Source: Planktothrix sp. GU0601_MAG3
GTDB taxonomy: Bacteria > Cyanobacteriota > Cyanobacteriia > Cyanobacteriales > Microcoleaceae
NCBI GenBank assembly: GCA_035193785.1
Contig: CP136572.1
Location: forward strand, 4,020,578-4,084,577
DNA: 64,000 bases
Reading direction: 5' to 3'
Below, piece by piece: positions 46,546 through 56,797 of the stretch (within the stretch, counting starts at the first letter, position 1; every line of letters begins with the position of its first letter). Under the pieces are notes generated by a model, which did no database searches, was not told the DNA's origin, and was given only the letters and a program-made list of their open reading frames with translations. A program made the translations under genes and the position numbers.

Positions 46546-47535
46546 TCATCGTAAATCTTCTAATTTAATTCGGGGGTCAACGGCTTTTAAGAGTAAATCC
46601 GCCAATAAATTACCAATAATTAACATCACCGCCCCCATCATTAAACTCGCCATAACTAAATATAAATCCTTTTGTTGTACCGCTTGTAAAATTAATTTAC
46701 CCAATCCTGGCCAGTTAAAAAAGGTTTCAGCAATAAAAGCCCCCCCTAATAAACTGGCAAATTCAAAGCCCAATAATGTGATTAAAGGGTTAATCGCATT
46801 CCGTAGGGCGTGAACATAAATCACCCGATTTTCTGGTAGTCCTTTGGCCCTCGCCGTTTGAATATAATCCTGACGTAAAACATCTAAAAGTTGCCCTCGC
46901 ATTAATCGTTGTAACCCAGCAAAACTCGTAATAGTTAATGCTAGGGTCGGTAAAATACTATGCCAGGCAATATCGGCTATTTTTCCCAGGGGTGATAAAT
47001 CGGGAAAATTAATACTGGTCATGCCACCAACGGGAAATAAGGGGGAGGTTTTTTGTGCTAAAAATAATAATAATAAAGCCGTGATGAAACTAGGAAAACC
47101 CTGTCCGGTATAACTAACAACTTGCAAAAATCGGTCGATAAAACGATTCTGATTCACCGCCCCAATTATTCCCAATGGAATCCCGATAATCCAGGTTAAA
47201 ATTAACGATAAAAACGCTAATAATAGGGTAGCAGGAACCCGTTCTATCAGTAGGGAAGTCACGGAACGTTGATTAGCAAAACTAAAGCCAAAATTTCCCC
47301 TAGTGACAATTTGAGTTAACCAATACCAATATTGTTCTAGGGGAGATTTATCTAGGTGAAATTGTTCCCGCAATTGTTTTAAGGTTTCGGGGGAAATTTG
47401 AGGATTATTTGAGAGGTTATCTAAATAGTCTCCGGGAGCCAGTTGAGTAATGGTAAAACATAAAGCCGATGCTAAAAGTAGAGTTAAAAGCGCCTGTAAT
47501 AATCGCTTAACAATATAGACTAATGTTTCACTCAT
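46546..47535 (-). CDS. Peptide/nickel ABC transporter permease (DppB/OppB-like)
   Basis: APGD, DYIQTARAKGL...HALRNA EAA loop, ETFFNWPGLG. Confidence 0.92.
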   Translation of the reverse strand: MSETLVYIVKRLLQALLTLLLASALCFTITQLAPGDYLDNLSNNPQISPETLKQLREQFHLDKSPLEQYWYWLTQIVTRGNFGFSFANQRSVTSLLIERVPATLLLAFLSLILTWIIGIPLGIIGAVNQNRFIDRFLQVVSYTGQGFPSFITALLLLFLAQKTSPLFPVGGMTSINFPDLSPLGKIADIAWHSILPTLALTITSFAGLQRLMRGQLLDVLRQDYIQTARAKGLPENRVIYVHALRNAINPLITLLGFEFASLLGGAFIAETFFNWPGLGKLILQAVQQKDLYLVMASLMMGAVMLIIGNLLADLLLKAVDPRIKLEDLR

Positions 47536-47594
47536 AATCTTAATTATACCCCCTTAATAATTAACAAATTTCCCCGGGAAAAACTCTCAAAATA

Positions 47595-48110
47595 TTAATC
47601 ATATTGTAACAGACTAATTACTGGAACATCGGGCAATTGTTCCCGTCCTTTTAACCCGGTAAGTTCAACCACAAAACAAAATCCCACCACCGTAGCCCCG
47701 GCTTGTTTAACTAATTCTGCGGTGGCTTTGGCTGTGCCTCCAGTAGCAATTAAATCATCCACAATTAGGACTTTATGCCCCGAGGAAAGGGCGTCTTGGT
47801 GCATCTCTAAACAATCTGTGCCATATTCCAATTCATATTCTGCCCGATAGACGGCGGCGGGTAATTTTTGGGGCTTACGAATCGGAATAAAACCTACTTC
47901 TAATTGATAGGCTAAGGGCATTCCAAATAAAAAACCCCTAGACTCCATTCCGAGAATATAGTCAGGAGACAAAGGACGACATTTTTCTGTTAAACAATCA
48001 ATGGTATATCGAAGTCCCTGGGGGTTTTGTAACAGGGTAGTAATATCTCGAAATAAAATTCCAGGCTTAGGAAAATCGGGAATATTGCGAATGAGAGACT
48101 TTAAATCCAT
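47595..48110 (-). CDS. apt: Adenine phosphoribosyltransferase
   Basis: [36 protein letters not shown]. Confidence 0.96.
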   Translation of the reverse strand: MDLKSLIRNIPDFPKPGILFRDITTLLQNPQGLRYTIDCLTEKCRPLSPDYILGMESRGFLFGMPLAYQLEVGFIPIRKPQKLPAAVYRAEYELEYGTDCLEMHQDALSSGHKVLIVDDLIATGGTAKATAELVKQAGATVVGFCFVVELTGLKGREQLPDVPVISLLQYD

Positions 48111-48180
48111 GAGTATTTTAGTAAAGGAGAAGATCGATTGACTCAGGGCAATTGTCTCTCATTTTGTGCGTTCTGTCGAG

Positions 48181-48576
48181 TTATTTTTTAGTCTGACTTT
48201 TGGCATCTTCTTCGGGAAAACGAGTAATATCATCATCTCCTAAATATTCGCCATTTTGGACTTCAATCATAACTAATGGAATTACCCCAGGATTTTCTAG
48301 GCGGTGGGGGGTGTTCATGGGAACATAGGTGGACTGTTTGGGAAGTAGTAAAATCTCCTCTCCGCCACAAATGACTTTAGCAGTTCCAGCCACAACAATC
48401 CAGTGTTCACTGCGATGATAGTGCATCTGGGTACTAATATGATAACCCGGATTTACCACAATTCGATTAATCCGATAGCGCTCGCCTTCTTCGAGTAGGC
48501 TAACCTGACCCCAAGGCGGTGTCCGAATCGTTGATTCTGTACTTAAGGTCGGTTGTGAGGTTTTATCTTCGCTCAT
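48181..48576 (-). CDS. Cupin protein, mannose-6-phosphate isomerase type II C-terminal domain-like
   Basis: PWG, QMHYHRSEHWIVV, HRLENPG, EVQNGEYLGDDDI. Confidence 0.88.
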   Translation of the reverse strand: MSEDKTSQPTLSTESTIRTPPWGQVSLLEEGERYRINRIVVNPGYHISTQMHYHRSEHWIVVAGTAKVICGGEEILLLPKQSTYVPMNTPHRLENPGVIPLVMIEVQNGEYLGDDDITRFPEEDAKSQTKK

Positions 48577-48655
48577 AATTGTTGATGGGTAACTGATTAG
48601 TTATTAATTTTAAAGCGTTTGAGGTCAATATAGATATTAAATATTATATCTCAAT

Positions 48656-50609
48656 TTACCAAGGACTCCCAACCAAAGTAAATCCCGACCAATAATAGGG
48701 GTGAGTAAGAGTTTTAGAGGGTAAATTTTGCAATTCTGGCGGGAGAGGAATGGCTTGTTTATCCTCTAATTGTAAATAACCATTTTCCAGTTTTATCTCT
48801 CCTTTTAAAAGTTTAATTTGCGCTTTTCTTAACGCATCCGCCTTAATTTTAGATTCATGTAATTGACGATAAAACTCCGTCATTAAACCTAAAGTTCCCT
48901 CATCACTCACATACCACAAACTAGCCAAAGCTGATTTTACCCCCGCTTGCACCGCTAACCCAGCAAACCCCATTTCTGCCTGTTCGTCCCCTAAAGCCGT
49001 GCGACAGGAAGACAATACTAATAATTCTACAGCAGGTTTATTCCATCCTAACTGTCGTAATTGATTTAAACCTAATCTTTCTTTTTGCCATAATTGAATA
49101 TAGGAATTTTCAGGAAGTCCGGGTTTAAATTCACTATGGGTGGCTAGATGAATAATTTGATAGGGATAATCTCGCCGTTGACGAATTAAATTATTAATCG
49201 TAAATTCTTGATTAATAAACGCATGACCAGACCAAACATTTTGAGTAATTAAGTTTAATTCAGTTTTTACCGCAGGTAGGGGCTGTAAATCCATAAATTC
49301 ACTCGCCCCCATTGCTAAAACTTGGGTATTTTGTAAGGACTGATAGCGAGTATCTAATAAACTCATACTGGGAATTAAACTTAAGCTATATTTTTCGATT
49401 AAAAATTGTTTACCGTCATGGAGTGCAGCCATGGGTAAACTGCGTAATCCCGCATCTAAACTTAATAATAGGGTTTCAATATTTTGATCTTTGAGTTGGG
49501 CTTCAATCGGGGCAATTAACCAATGATAAAGCTGTTGAGATGGGGGTAAATAACGTTCAGTATCGCGATCGCGGCCATTGGTAATCGCGTCTCTAAATTC
49601 CCGAACTTTTGCCATTAATTCTGCATGGGAAATATCAACTCTTTGCAGTTTAGGTTTCGCCCTTCTGAGTCAAAACTACTAAGTCTAAATAATCAGCCCT
49701 AGACATCAAATAAACCACCGCCGCTTGGTTTCCCGTTTCTCGATAAATCCGTTGTAGCACCGAGGTAGCATCGGTATTAGTTAGGGAAAAATCAACTGTT
49801 TCCTTGCCTAAATATTTGGTAAATTCATCTCGGCGCAGTTCCTCCAGTCCTGCAATTCCGCCCCAATTTCCATCATGCAACTGATTCTGATTTGTAGTTA
49901 ATAATGAATTATTAATTTCATTAATAGGAAGATCTAATTTCGGTTGAGAATTAGGCGGTTTGACGCCAGGAAAAGCCATCATTGGTGGCATCCCCGGCGC
50001 CCCATTTCCAGGCATTAATCGGGGATCAAGTTGTAAAATAGTAGGATGGCTATTAGGAAATGATCCAGGGGCGGCACTCAAACCCGATGTAGATGCACCG
50101 CTTAAAACAGTCTGACCTTGAGCATTAATTATCACATGATTAGCCGGACTATTGAAGGGAGAACCCGTCAATAATTCGGGTAAAACTAAAGGATTTACCG
50201 ACACATTTTCCCCAATTGCAGTTAGAGGAACTTGTAAATTTAACGTTTGTCCCATGCCCTGTAAATTGACAAAATTACCATTACTAACCCCTGGGGGAGC
50301 GGTTTGGGGGATGGGATTTGTCAAAAACATTTGGTTGGAATTAGGAGGAGAAGAAATATGATTTCCCGGGATGATTGGAATATTCATCGGAGACATATTT
50401 CCCGGAATTGGATTAGAAAAGTTAGGAGTTAAAGCCGGGTAGTTATTGATCGAAACCGGAGGAACAAATAGTGTAGAATCTGGCTTTTTATCTCTAAAAT
50501 CCTGGGGATGACCAGAGGGAAAAACCGGAATTTGAGCCACCGCCGGAAGGGTTAGACGGCTGAAAACAAACAGTGTAATCAATCTAGCTGTTAATTGATT
50601 GGTTTTCAT
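48656..50609 (-). CDS. Exported CHAT-domain (caspase-like) protein with a Pro-rich N-terminus; apparent frameshift at ~49656
   Basis: IIHLATHSEF and LVLSSCRTALG (His/Cys dyad), ASLWYVSD, HPYYWSGF; ORFs join as KGEPKLQRVDIS. Confidence 0.85.
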
Positions 50610-50790
50610 TTTGTCTAACTTCCCTCTGGTTCTTCTATAGCTATTCTAACGGATTCACCCCTTTTTTAATTAATATTTATTAACTCTTTACATTAATTTT
50701 TTCAATTTACAAATATTTTTTAATTTCTCAATTCCCATCATCCCTAAATCCTCAAGATTTAAAGGATGACGGTTAAGGGTCAACTTTCGA

Positions 50791-51472
50791 TTAATTAGAT
50801 CCGGTTTTTAACCATTGTTTCATTAGCTTAATTTCTGCCGCTTGGGAAACTAAAATAGCTTGGGAAAGTTGCTGAATTTCAGGACGTTTTGATTTAATTT
50901 GAGCATCTTTTGCCATAATTAATGCCCCTTCATGGTGCGGAATCATCGCCTGAATAAATCGTTGATCAAAACCTCCATCAGCAGCGCCTAAATCAGCCAT
51001 CATCATCATTGATTCCATCTGTTTCCGCAGACATGGACATACTGTGGCCCATAGCGGCATGATACATGACGGCTCCTTTGGCATCGGGATACCATGTTTT
51101 CCGCCATTCCTGCATCTGAGAAATTTCTTTTTTCTGGGCTTTAATAATTTCCTCTGCTAATTTTTTGAGTTCAGGATTATTAGATTTTTGGATTACCTGT
51201 TCAGCCATTTTAATTGCTCCTTGATGGTGGGGAATCATCCCATCAATAAAGCGTAAATCATACTCGGCATCAGCCGGCCCCAAATCCATCATCATCCCAT
51301 GACTTCCCGACATCATGCCGTTATTTTGACTCAGAATTGTTTCCGAACTAACGGGAGTTATCGTTGAGGAATCTATGGGTTTAGAAGATGATTTGGGCAT
51401 GGTACAAGCGCCTAAACCCAAAGTAACAGAAATCCCCAGAATGGGCAATAAAAAAATAGATTTGAATTTCAT
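50791..51472 (-). CDS. DUF305 (CopM-like) Met/His-rich metal-binding lipoprotein; apparent frameshift at ~51023
   Basis: Lipobox LGAC; two FI..MIPHH.GA repeats. Confidence 0.88.
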
Positions 51473-51654
51473 ACTTTTGATTTCAAAATTTCCAATATAA
51501 GCCTGAGTATGTTAAGATTAAATTAGAGTATAATTCAATATTTAACTCCTCATCTTCATTCTTACATAAAAAAATGAAATTAGGATGAAATGAGCAATTA
51601 AATATTTAGTTTGTCTTCAGTATCGAGGGATTTTATGAGAGTGGAAACATCAAT

Positions 51655-52509
51655 TTAAAATAGGTGAATAGCATTAGGATCAATCACAACAACCCGATCG
51701 CGTCCCTGGGCTTTAGCTTGATATAATGCCCGGTCTGCCAGTTGTAATAAATCATCACAGGATTGAGTATGTTCAGGAAACCCCGCGACCCCAATTGATA
51801 TAGTTACTCCTGTTAAGAAATTATAGGAATACTCATACTGTAAGTTTTTAATCTTTTGACGGATTTCCTCCGCCACAATTTCAGCAATTTCAACACTTGT
51901 ATTGGGTAAAATAAATACTAATTCCTCTCCCCCATAACGATAGGCTAGATCGGAAGTTCGCATCACACTTTGTACCGCTTGAGAGACTAATTTTAAAACA
52001 ATATCTCCAGCTTTATGACCGAAATTGTCGTTAAATTTCTTGAAATAATCAATATCCGCAATTAAAATGCTTAAACACTCTTGTGTTTTTTGGGCTGAGT
52101 TAAACACCTGGGGTAATACGAGATCTAAATATCTTCGATTAAATAATCCCGTTAGGGGATCATGAATACTGTCATAATGCAGGGATTCCTCGACAATATT
52201 ACTATGTTCTATGGTTGTTTCTAGGATTAACTCTAAGTCATTTTTTTCCTGAGTTAATAAGGCAACTAAGGATTGTAAATGTTCTTGAGAGGCTTGTAAT
52301 TTAAGTTGGTTTAAATGGCGTTGTTGGATTTCAGCTTTGAGTTTTTCATGGGATTCGTGTAACTGAGCTTCAACTAAATCTCCATGATCAGTGGTAATTT
52401 CTAAGAGAATTTGCAGATCAGCTTTTTCCTGTTTAAGAATGTCAATATCTTGGCGAAGTTGGCTGATACAGTCTAACAGTTGCTTTTGAGAAAGACGCTC
52501 ATTTTCCAT
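51655..52509 (-). CDS. Diguanylate cyclase with an N-terminal coiled coil (Slr1657/SiaD-like)
   Basis: DPLTGLFNRR, DIDYFKKFND, RTSD I-site, RYGGEEL. Confidence 0.92.
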   Translation of the reverse strand: MENERLSQKQLLDCISQLRQDIDILKQEKADLQILLEITTDHGDLVEAQLHESHEKLKAEIQQRHLNQLKLQASQEHLQSLVALLTQEKNDLELILETTIEHSNIVEESLHYDSIHDPLTGLFNRRYLDLVLPQVFNSAQKTQECLSILIADIDYFKKFNDNFGHKAGDIVLKLVSQAVQSVMRTSDLAYRYGGEELVFILPNTSVEIAEIVAEEIRQKIKNLQYEYSYNFLTGVTISIGVAGFPEHTQSCDDLLQLADRALYQAKAQGRDRVVVIDPNAIHLF

Positions 52510-52628
52510 TAACTTATATTTACCTTAAAGGGTGAGATTGGATTCTGCATCTTTGTACTGTTTATCTGGTCTATAAGTATCCAGTTTAGATTTAAAATCC
52601 CAGCCTAAACGGGGATAAAGTTTACTAT

Positions 52629-52979
52629 TCAATCTTTAGTTTCTAAAGAGGGCATGAGTTTTTGTAAATTTCTTAGGGATTTTCCTTGCCAGGGAATTTG
52701 TTTAGAGGCTAAAACTATTAAGCTAGTCTCTTTTTGCTGGCGAACTTTAATTACAAATTTAGATAGCATATTAATACCCGAACTATTTAAAAACTCTAAT
52801 TTTTGCAGATTAATAGTAATCAGGCATGGGTTTTCCTCCAAAACTTCATTGAGAAATTTAATCACAGGGTTAGTGTCTTCTAGTCCGCTTAAACGTAAGG
52901 AGCCTGATAAAATTACTGTGGTTGTGTTACTCTCATAAATAACTTCATAGTCTTCGGATTTAATTGCTTTGGTTACCAT
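52629..52979 (-). CDS. STAS-like phosphoacceptor protein (Slr1659-like)
   Basis: LEFLNSSGI motif and WQGKSLRNL. Confidence 0.8.
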   Translation of the reverse strand: MVTKAIKSEDYEVIYESNTTTVILSGSLRLSGLEDTNPVIKFLNEVLEENPCLITINLQKLEFLNSSGINMLSKFVIKVRQQKETSLIVLASKQIPWQGKSLRNLQKLMPSLETKD

Positions 52980-53024
52980 TGTTATCGTCCTAATATTTTA
53001 CTGTTGATTAATCAATTTTAAATG

Positions 53025-53600
53025 CTAAATGAAAAGCTGAACCATCGTCGTAACAGTCAAAACTTTAGGTTCGGTTTGAAGGGCTTCAAATTTCCAGCCC
53101 AATCGGGCTAAGTAATCATTGATCATGGTCAAATAGCCTAAACCAGAACTATTCTCACTGTCCAAACTTTTTTCTACTTGCTCAATATAAAGTTCTTGAG
53201 AGTCAGAATGAATCAGTTTTTCAATAAAGAGTTGGAAGGATTCAAATTTTTCCTGGTTAATGCTATTGACCACAACAAAGATTAATCGATCAGTTTTTAA
53301 ATACAGTTGGATGCTGATCGGATAATTAACCGTATAATCACTGAACTTCATCGCATTTTCTAATAATTCATTGACGATAAAGCTAACAGCACTTTTGATT
53401 TCATTTTGTAAATTTGCCGTGGCGGGATCATCTTCACTTTTAGGAACAAAGGTCGTGACATAATCAGCCATAAAATTGGCGGATAATCCATTATTGCGCC
53501 AACGGTGTTTCAGGGGAATCGAACTCGGAGAAAAACCAATGACGAGAAATTCATTGCTCGTTGGAGGTACTTCAACAAAGTCACCAAAAATTTGTGTCAT
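53025..53600 (-). CDS. Anti-sigma/SiaB-type kinase-like protein (Slr1658/DUF6272-like)
   Basis: N-box-like NELLENAMKF, G-box-like SSGLGYLTMIND, RWRNNGLSA. Confidence 0.78.
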   Translation of the reverse strand: MTQIFGDFVEVPPTSNEFLVIGFSPSSIPLKHRWRNNGLSANFMADYVTTFVPKSEDDPATANLQNEIKSAVSFIVNELLENAMKFSDYTVNYPISIQLYLKTDRLIFVVVNSINQEKFESFQLFIEKLIHSDSQELYIEQVEKSLDSENSSGLGYLTMINDYLARLGWKFEALQTEPKVLTVTTMVQLFI

Positions 53601-53892
53601 AAATCCTTTGGGCGAGAATACAGAAAAAGTTACTCGGGCTACTGTGCTTTTTGTTACAAAAAAACAACTCAGGTGAGAAACATTGAAATTGGGAAAAAGT
53701 GCTAAAAAAATGGTAAACTAGAGTATTTTTAGGCTAATTAAGTAAGAGATAAAACTCAACCAAATCAGAGCCAAAAACCTTTTGTTAACTGACCCATTAT
53801 CGCCTGATTCCAAAAACTCCAGTAGCTAATAATATCATGTTGAGGTCAAACATTTACCCAGGCAATAAAAATCTAATTAGGAATCTTTTTAA

Positions 53893-56482
53893 TCAGATTG
53901 ATAAGGATTGAATTACACGCTGTAAGTAAATTTTAGCCACTTGATCCGAGGGATTTTCTTGTAGACAGGCTTCAAAGCACTGAGCAGATTCGGGGAAAGC
54001 CTCCAGATGATATAGGGTTAGGGCTTGCTCAAATAAGGTTTTTGTTTCTACTTTTTTTCGATAGATCAAGGGCGGATCGGCATCAAAAACTTCAAAAACT
54101 GAGACCATTTCCGATTTCCCTTTCACCCTGACTCTATCAATCACTCGGAAGGAATAAATATTAGGATCTTCAAGGGATAAAAAGGTATGTTCACTAATTA
54201 ATAAGGGAATACCATACCGTTTACTTAATTCCTCTAAGCGAGATCCTAAATTAACCGCATCACTAATCACGGTACTATCCATTCTATGTTGTCCACCGAC
54301 AATTCCCAACATTAAATCCCCGGTATTAATTCCGATCCCAATACTAATTGGAGGGCGATCGGGACGTTGACGGGTGAGGTTATATTCTGCTAATCTTTGT
54401 AACATAGAAATTCCCGCCTTAACTGCATCATCAGCACTTCCTCCAAATAAAGCCATAATTGCATCGCCGATATACTTATCAATAAAGCCTCGATTTTCAG
54501 TAATAGCCGGTTCCATGCGGGATAAATAAGCATTAATAAATTTAAAGTTATCTTCGGGTGTCATCCGTTCAGACATTTGGGTAAAACTGCGAATATCTGA
54601 GAACAAAATCGACATTTGTTTCTGTACCGCATCCCCGGATTTCACATCCACTAAACTTTCATATCCTAAAAAAGCCAAAAACTGATTAGGCACAAATCGC
54701 CCCGCCGCATCTGTCAATTGTTCCTCTTGATCTAAAGCCAATTCTAAATTACAATTAACCTCAAACATCTCCTCAATAAACTGTTGGCGTTCCTCCTCGG
54801 CTTTTCGGCGTTCACTAACATCTTGAAACACACCAATGGCATAGGCAACTTCTCCAAATTCATCATAAATTGGAGTTCCCCACATTTGCAATGGAATTGT
54901 CTGATCTAAGTGTTGAAAGTCCAATGTATCAATGCAGCAAAATCCCTCATTTAAGGCTCTAAAAATGGGTAAATCCTCTAAAATGTAAGGTGTTTTTGTG
55001 GTTGATGATGAATTTGAATGAACGTTCAATTGTAACGGGGGATGGGAAAATAAAACCTCAACTCCTAATAACTCTTGAGCCACTTTATTGCTATAGTGTA
55101 AATTTCCCGGGGCATCCACAACCACAACACCTAAAGGAATCGCTTCTAAAAATTGATGTAGTCGTCGATTTTGGGTTTTTAGTTCTGACATTAAATCCAA
55201 ATTTTCTGTTTTTAGCCTTTCATTGAGGAGACTAATTTCTTGATAGGCTTGAGTTAATTTATTTTCCTGAACTTCACTAACTTTCTTTTCGGCTTGTAGT
55301 TGATTTAAACTATCTTTTAACTGATTTTTTTTTTGTTGAATTTGTTTAAGGAGAAAAGCTTTCTCTTCTAAACCCATATATAGAAGGCGTAATTGTCGGA
55401 TTATTTTGTTAAAGGAAATTGCTAATTGACCGATTTCATCATCAGTAACAACAGGAGCAACTGAAGTCAAATTTCCCTCGGATACTTGAGTTGCTATTTT
55501 AGTAATATTGACAATTGGGCGAGTAATTTTTAGAGCTAAAATATAAACTAATACTGCTAAAATACTACTCGAAGTTAATCCCGCCAATACAATAATTACA
55601 GCTAAATTTTTAGCTGGTTGATTAGCTTCTGATAGGTGCATTTCTACCAATAAGGCTAATTGCTGTATATCCAGCCAACGATAGACTGCAATCACTGGAA
55701 TCCCGGCATGGTTAATATAAGTTTTATAGCCATTTTTCCCCGATAAAGCCTCTGTAATCCCCGGAGTATCGACTTTTTCTGGAAAGTCATACCGACCAAA
55801 TTGTTCGGCGGTAAAAAACATCTGATATCGGTCAAATAAATAGGTTTTGCCCGTAGTTCTCAAACCCGTTTTATCAAAAATAATTTCTTCCATTCTTCTC
55901 ATATTCAGGTGTACTACCAACACCCCAAATACATCCTGATCAACTCCCTTAATCGGTGTCGAGATCGTTAAACTTGGTTTATTTGTAATAGATGAAACAT
56001 AAAGATTTTGCAAAAAGGTCTTATAAATACCCGCTTGAAAATATTTTTCCTGATCCCGATATTCACCTTCCGATTGGGGATGGGTAGAAAAAACAATTTG
56101 TCCCCCGGTTGCCCTCAAAATCTGAATTTCTTGAAAGTCCGGTTTGGTGGCTAATACCGAAGCCATATATTGTCGGATTTGAGAATGAGAATCCCGCCAC
56201 CCTTGGGAAACCGGGATCATCAGTCACTAAAATTTGTGTAGCTGTTTGAATATCGGGTAACTGTGCTAAGGAAAAAGTCGCATTTTTTTGGTTTTCCACC
56301 CATAAATTCAAAGCTCTTTCCTTGAGAGTCGCCGCGACTTCCAATTGCTCAAAAATGAGTTGCTGCATGGAGGTTTTAGCACTTTGAAATGCGACCACCG
56401 CCACCCCCAGGACAGTGACCATAGATAGCAGTAAAAAATAGATCACAAGCCTGGACATCAGGCTTTTTGTCCAGAATTTCAT
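53893..56482 (-). CDS. Membrane Cache-HAMP-PAS class III adenylate cyclase with a C-terminal TPR-like tail; apparent frameshift at ~56209
   Basis: Two TM helices around a periplasmic domain, HAMP (DEIGQLAISFN), LFSDIRSFT, DKYIGDAIM, TVISDAVNLGSRLE. Confidence 0.9.
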
Positions 56483-56519
56483 TCAATTTGCCCTTGAGCA
56501 CTGGTCACAACTTAAGTTT

Positions 56520-56640
56520 CTCGGGTACAACAAAAAACTCACACACCCGGTAGCTGACGGAGCCAGGAAGGACTTTGCTACTGACTTGGTGGCTCCTTCC
56601 TCAAGACTTACCTTAGAGCTTCCGCACCCTGTTTGCTAAA
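56520..56640 (-). other. Putative structured RNA leader or sRNA upstream of the cyclase
   Basis: GC-rich island in an AT-rich intergenic region with nested complementary segments; family and strand not established. Confidence 0.4.
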
Positions 56641-56797
56641 TAATTTGGCACATTTCCTGAATTAATAATATATTCAATCTCTAAATTATAAAAACCCCCC
56701 GTTTAATTCCATAAACGAAAATAGGGGTAATTGATGAATTACCCCTACTTATGGGCTGAAATCCCTAAATTTGCGTAATTCCCGCATCCTTTTAGAT

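Noticed and set aside
56520..56640. Canonical c-di-GMP-I, c-di-AMP or glutamine riboswitch call
   Set aside because: Only short landmarks match and required stems are missing; kept as an unclassified structured element.
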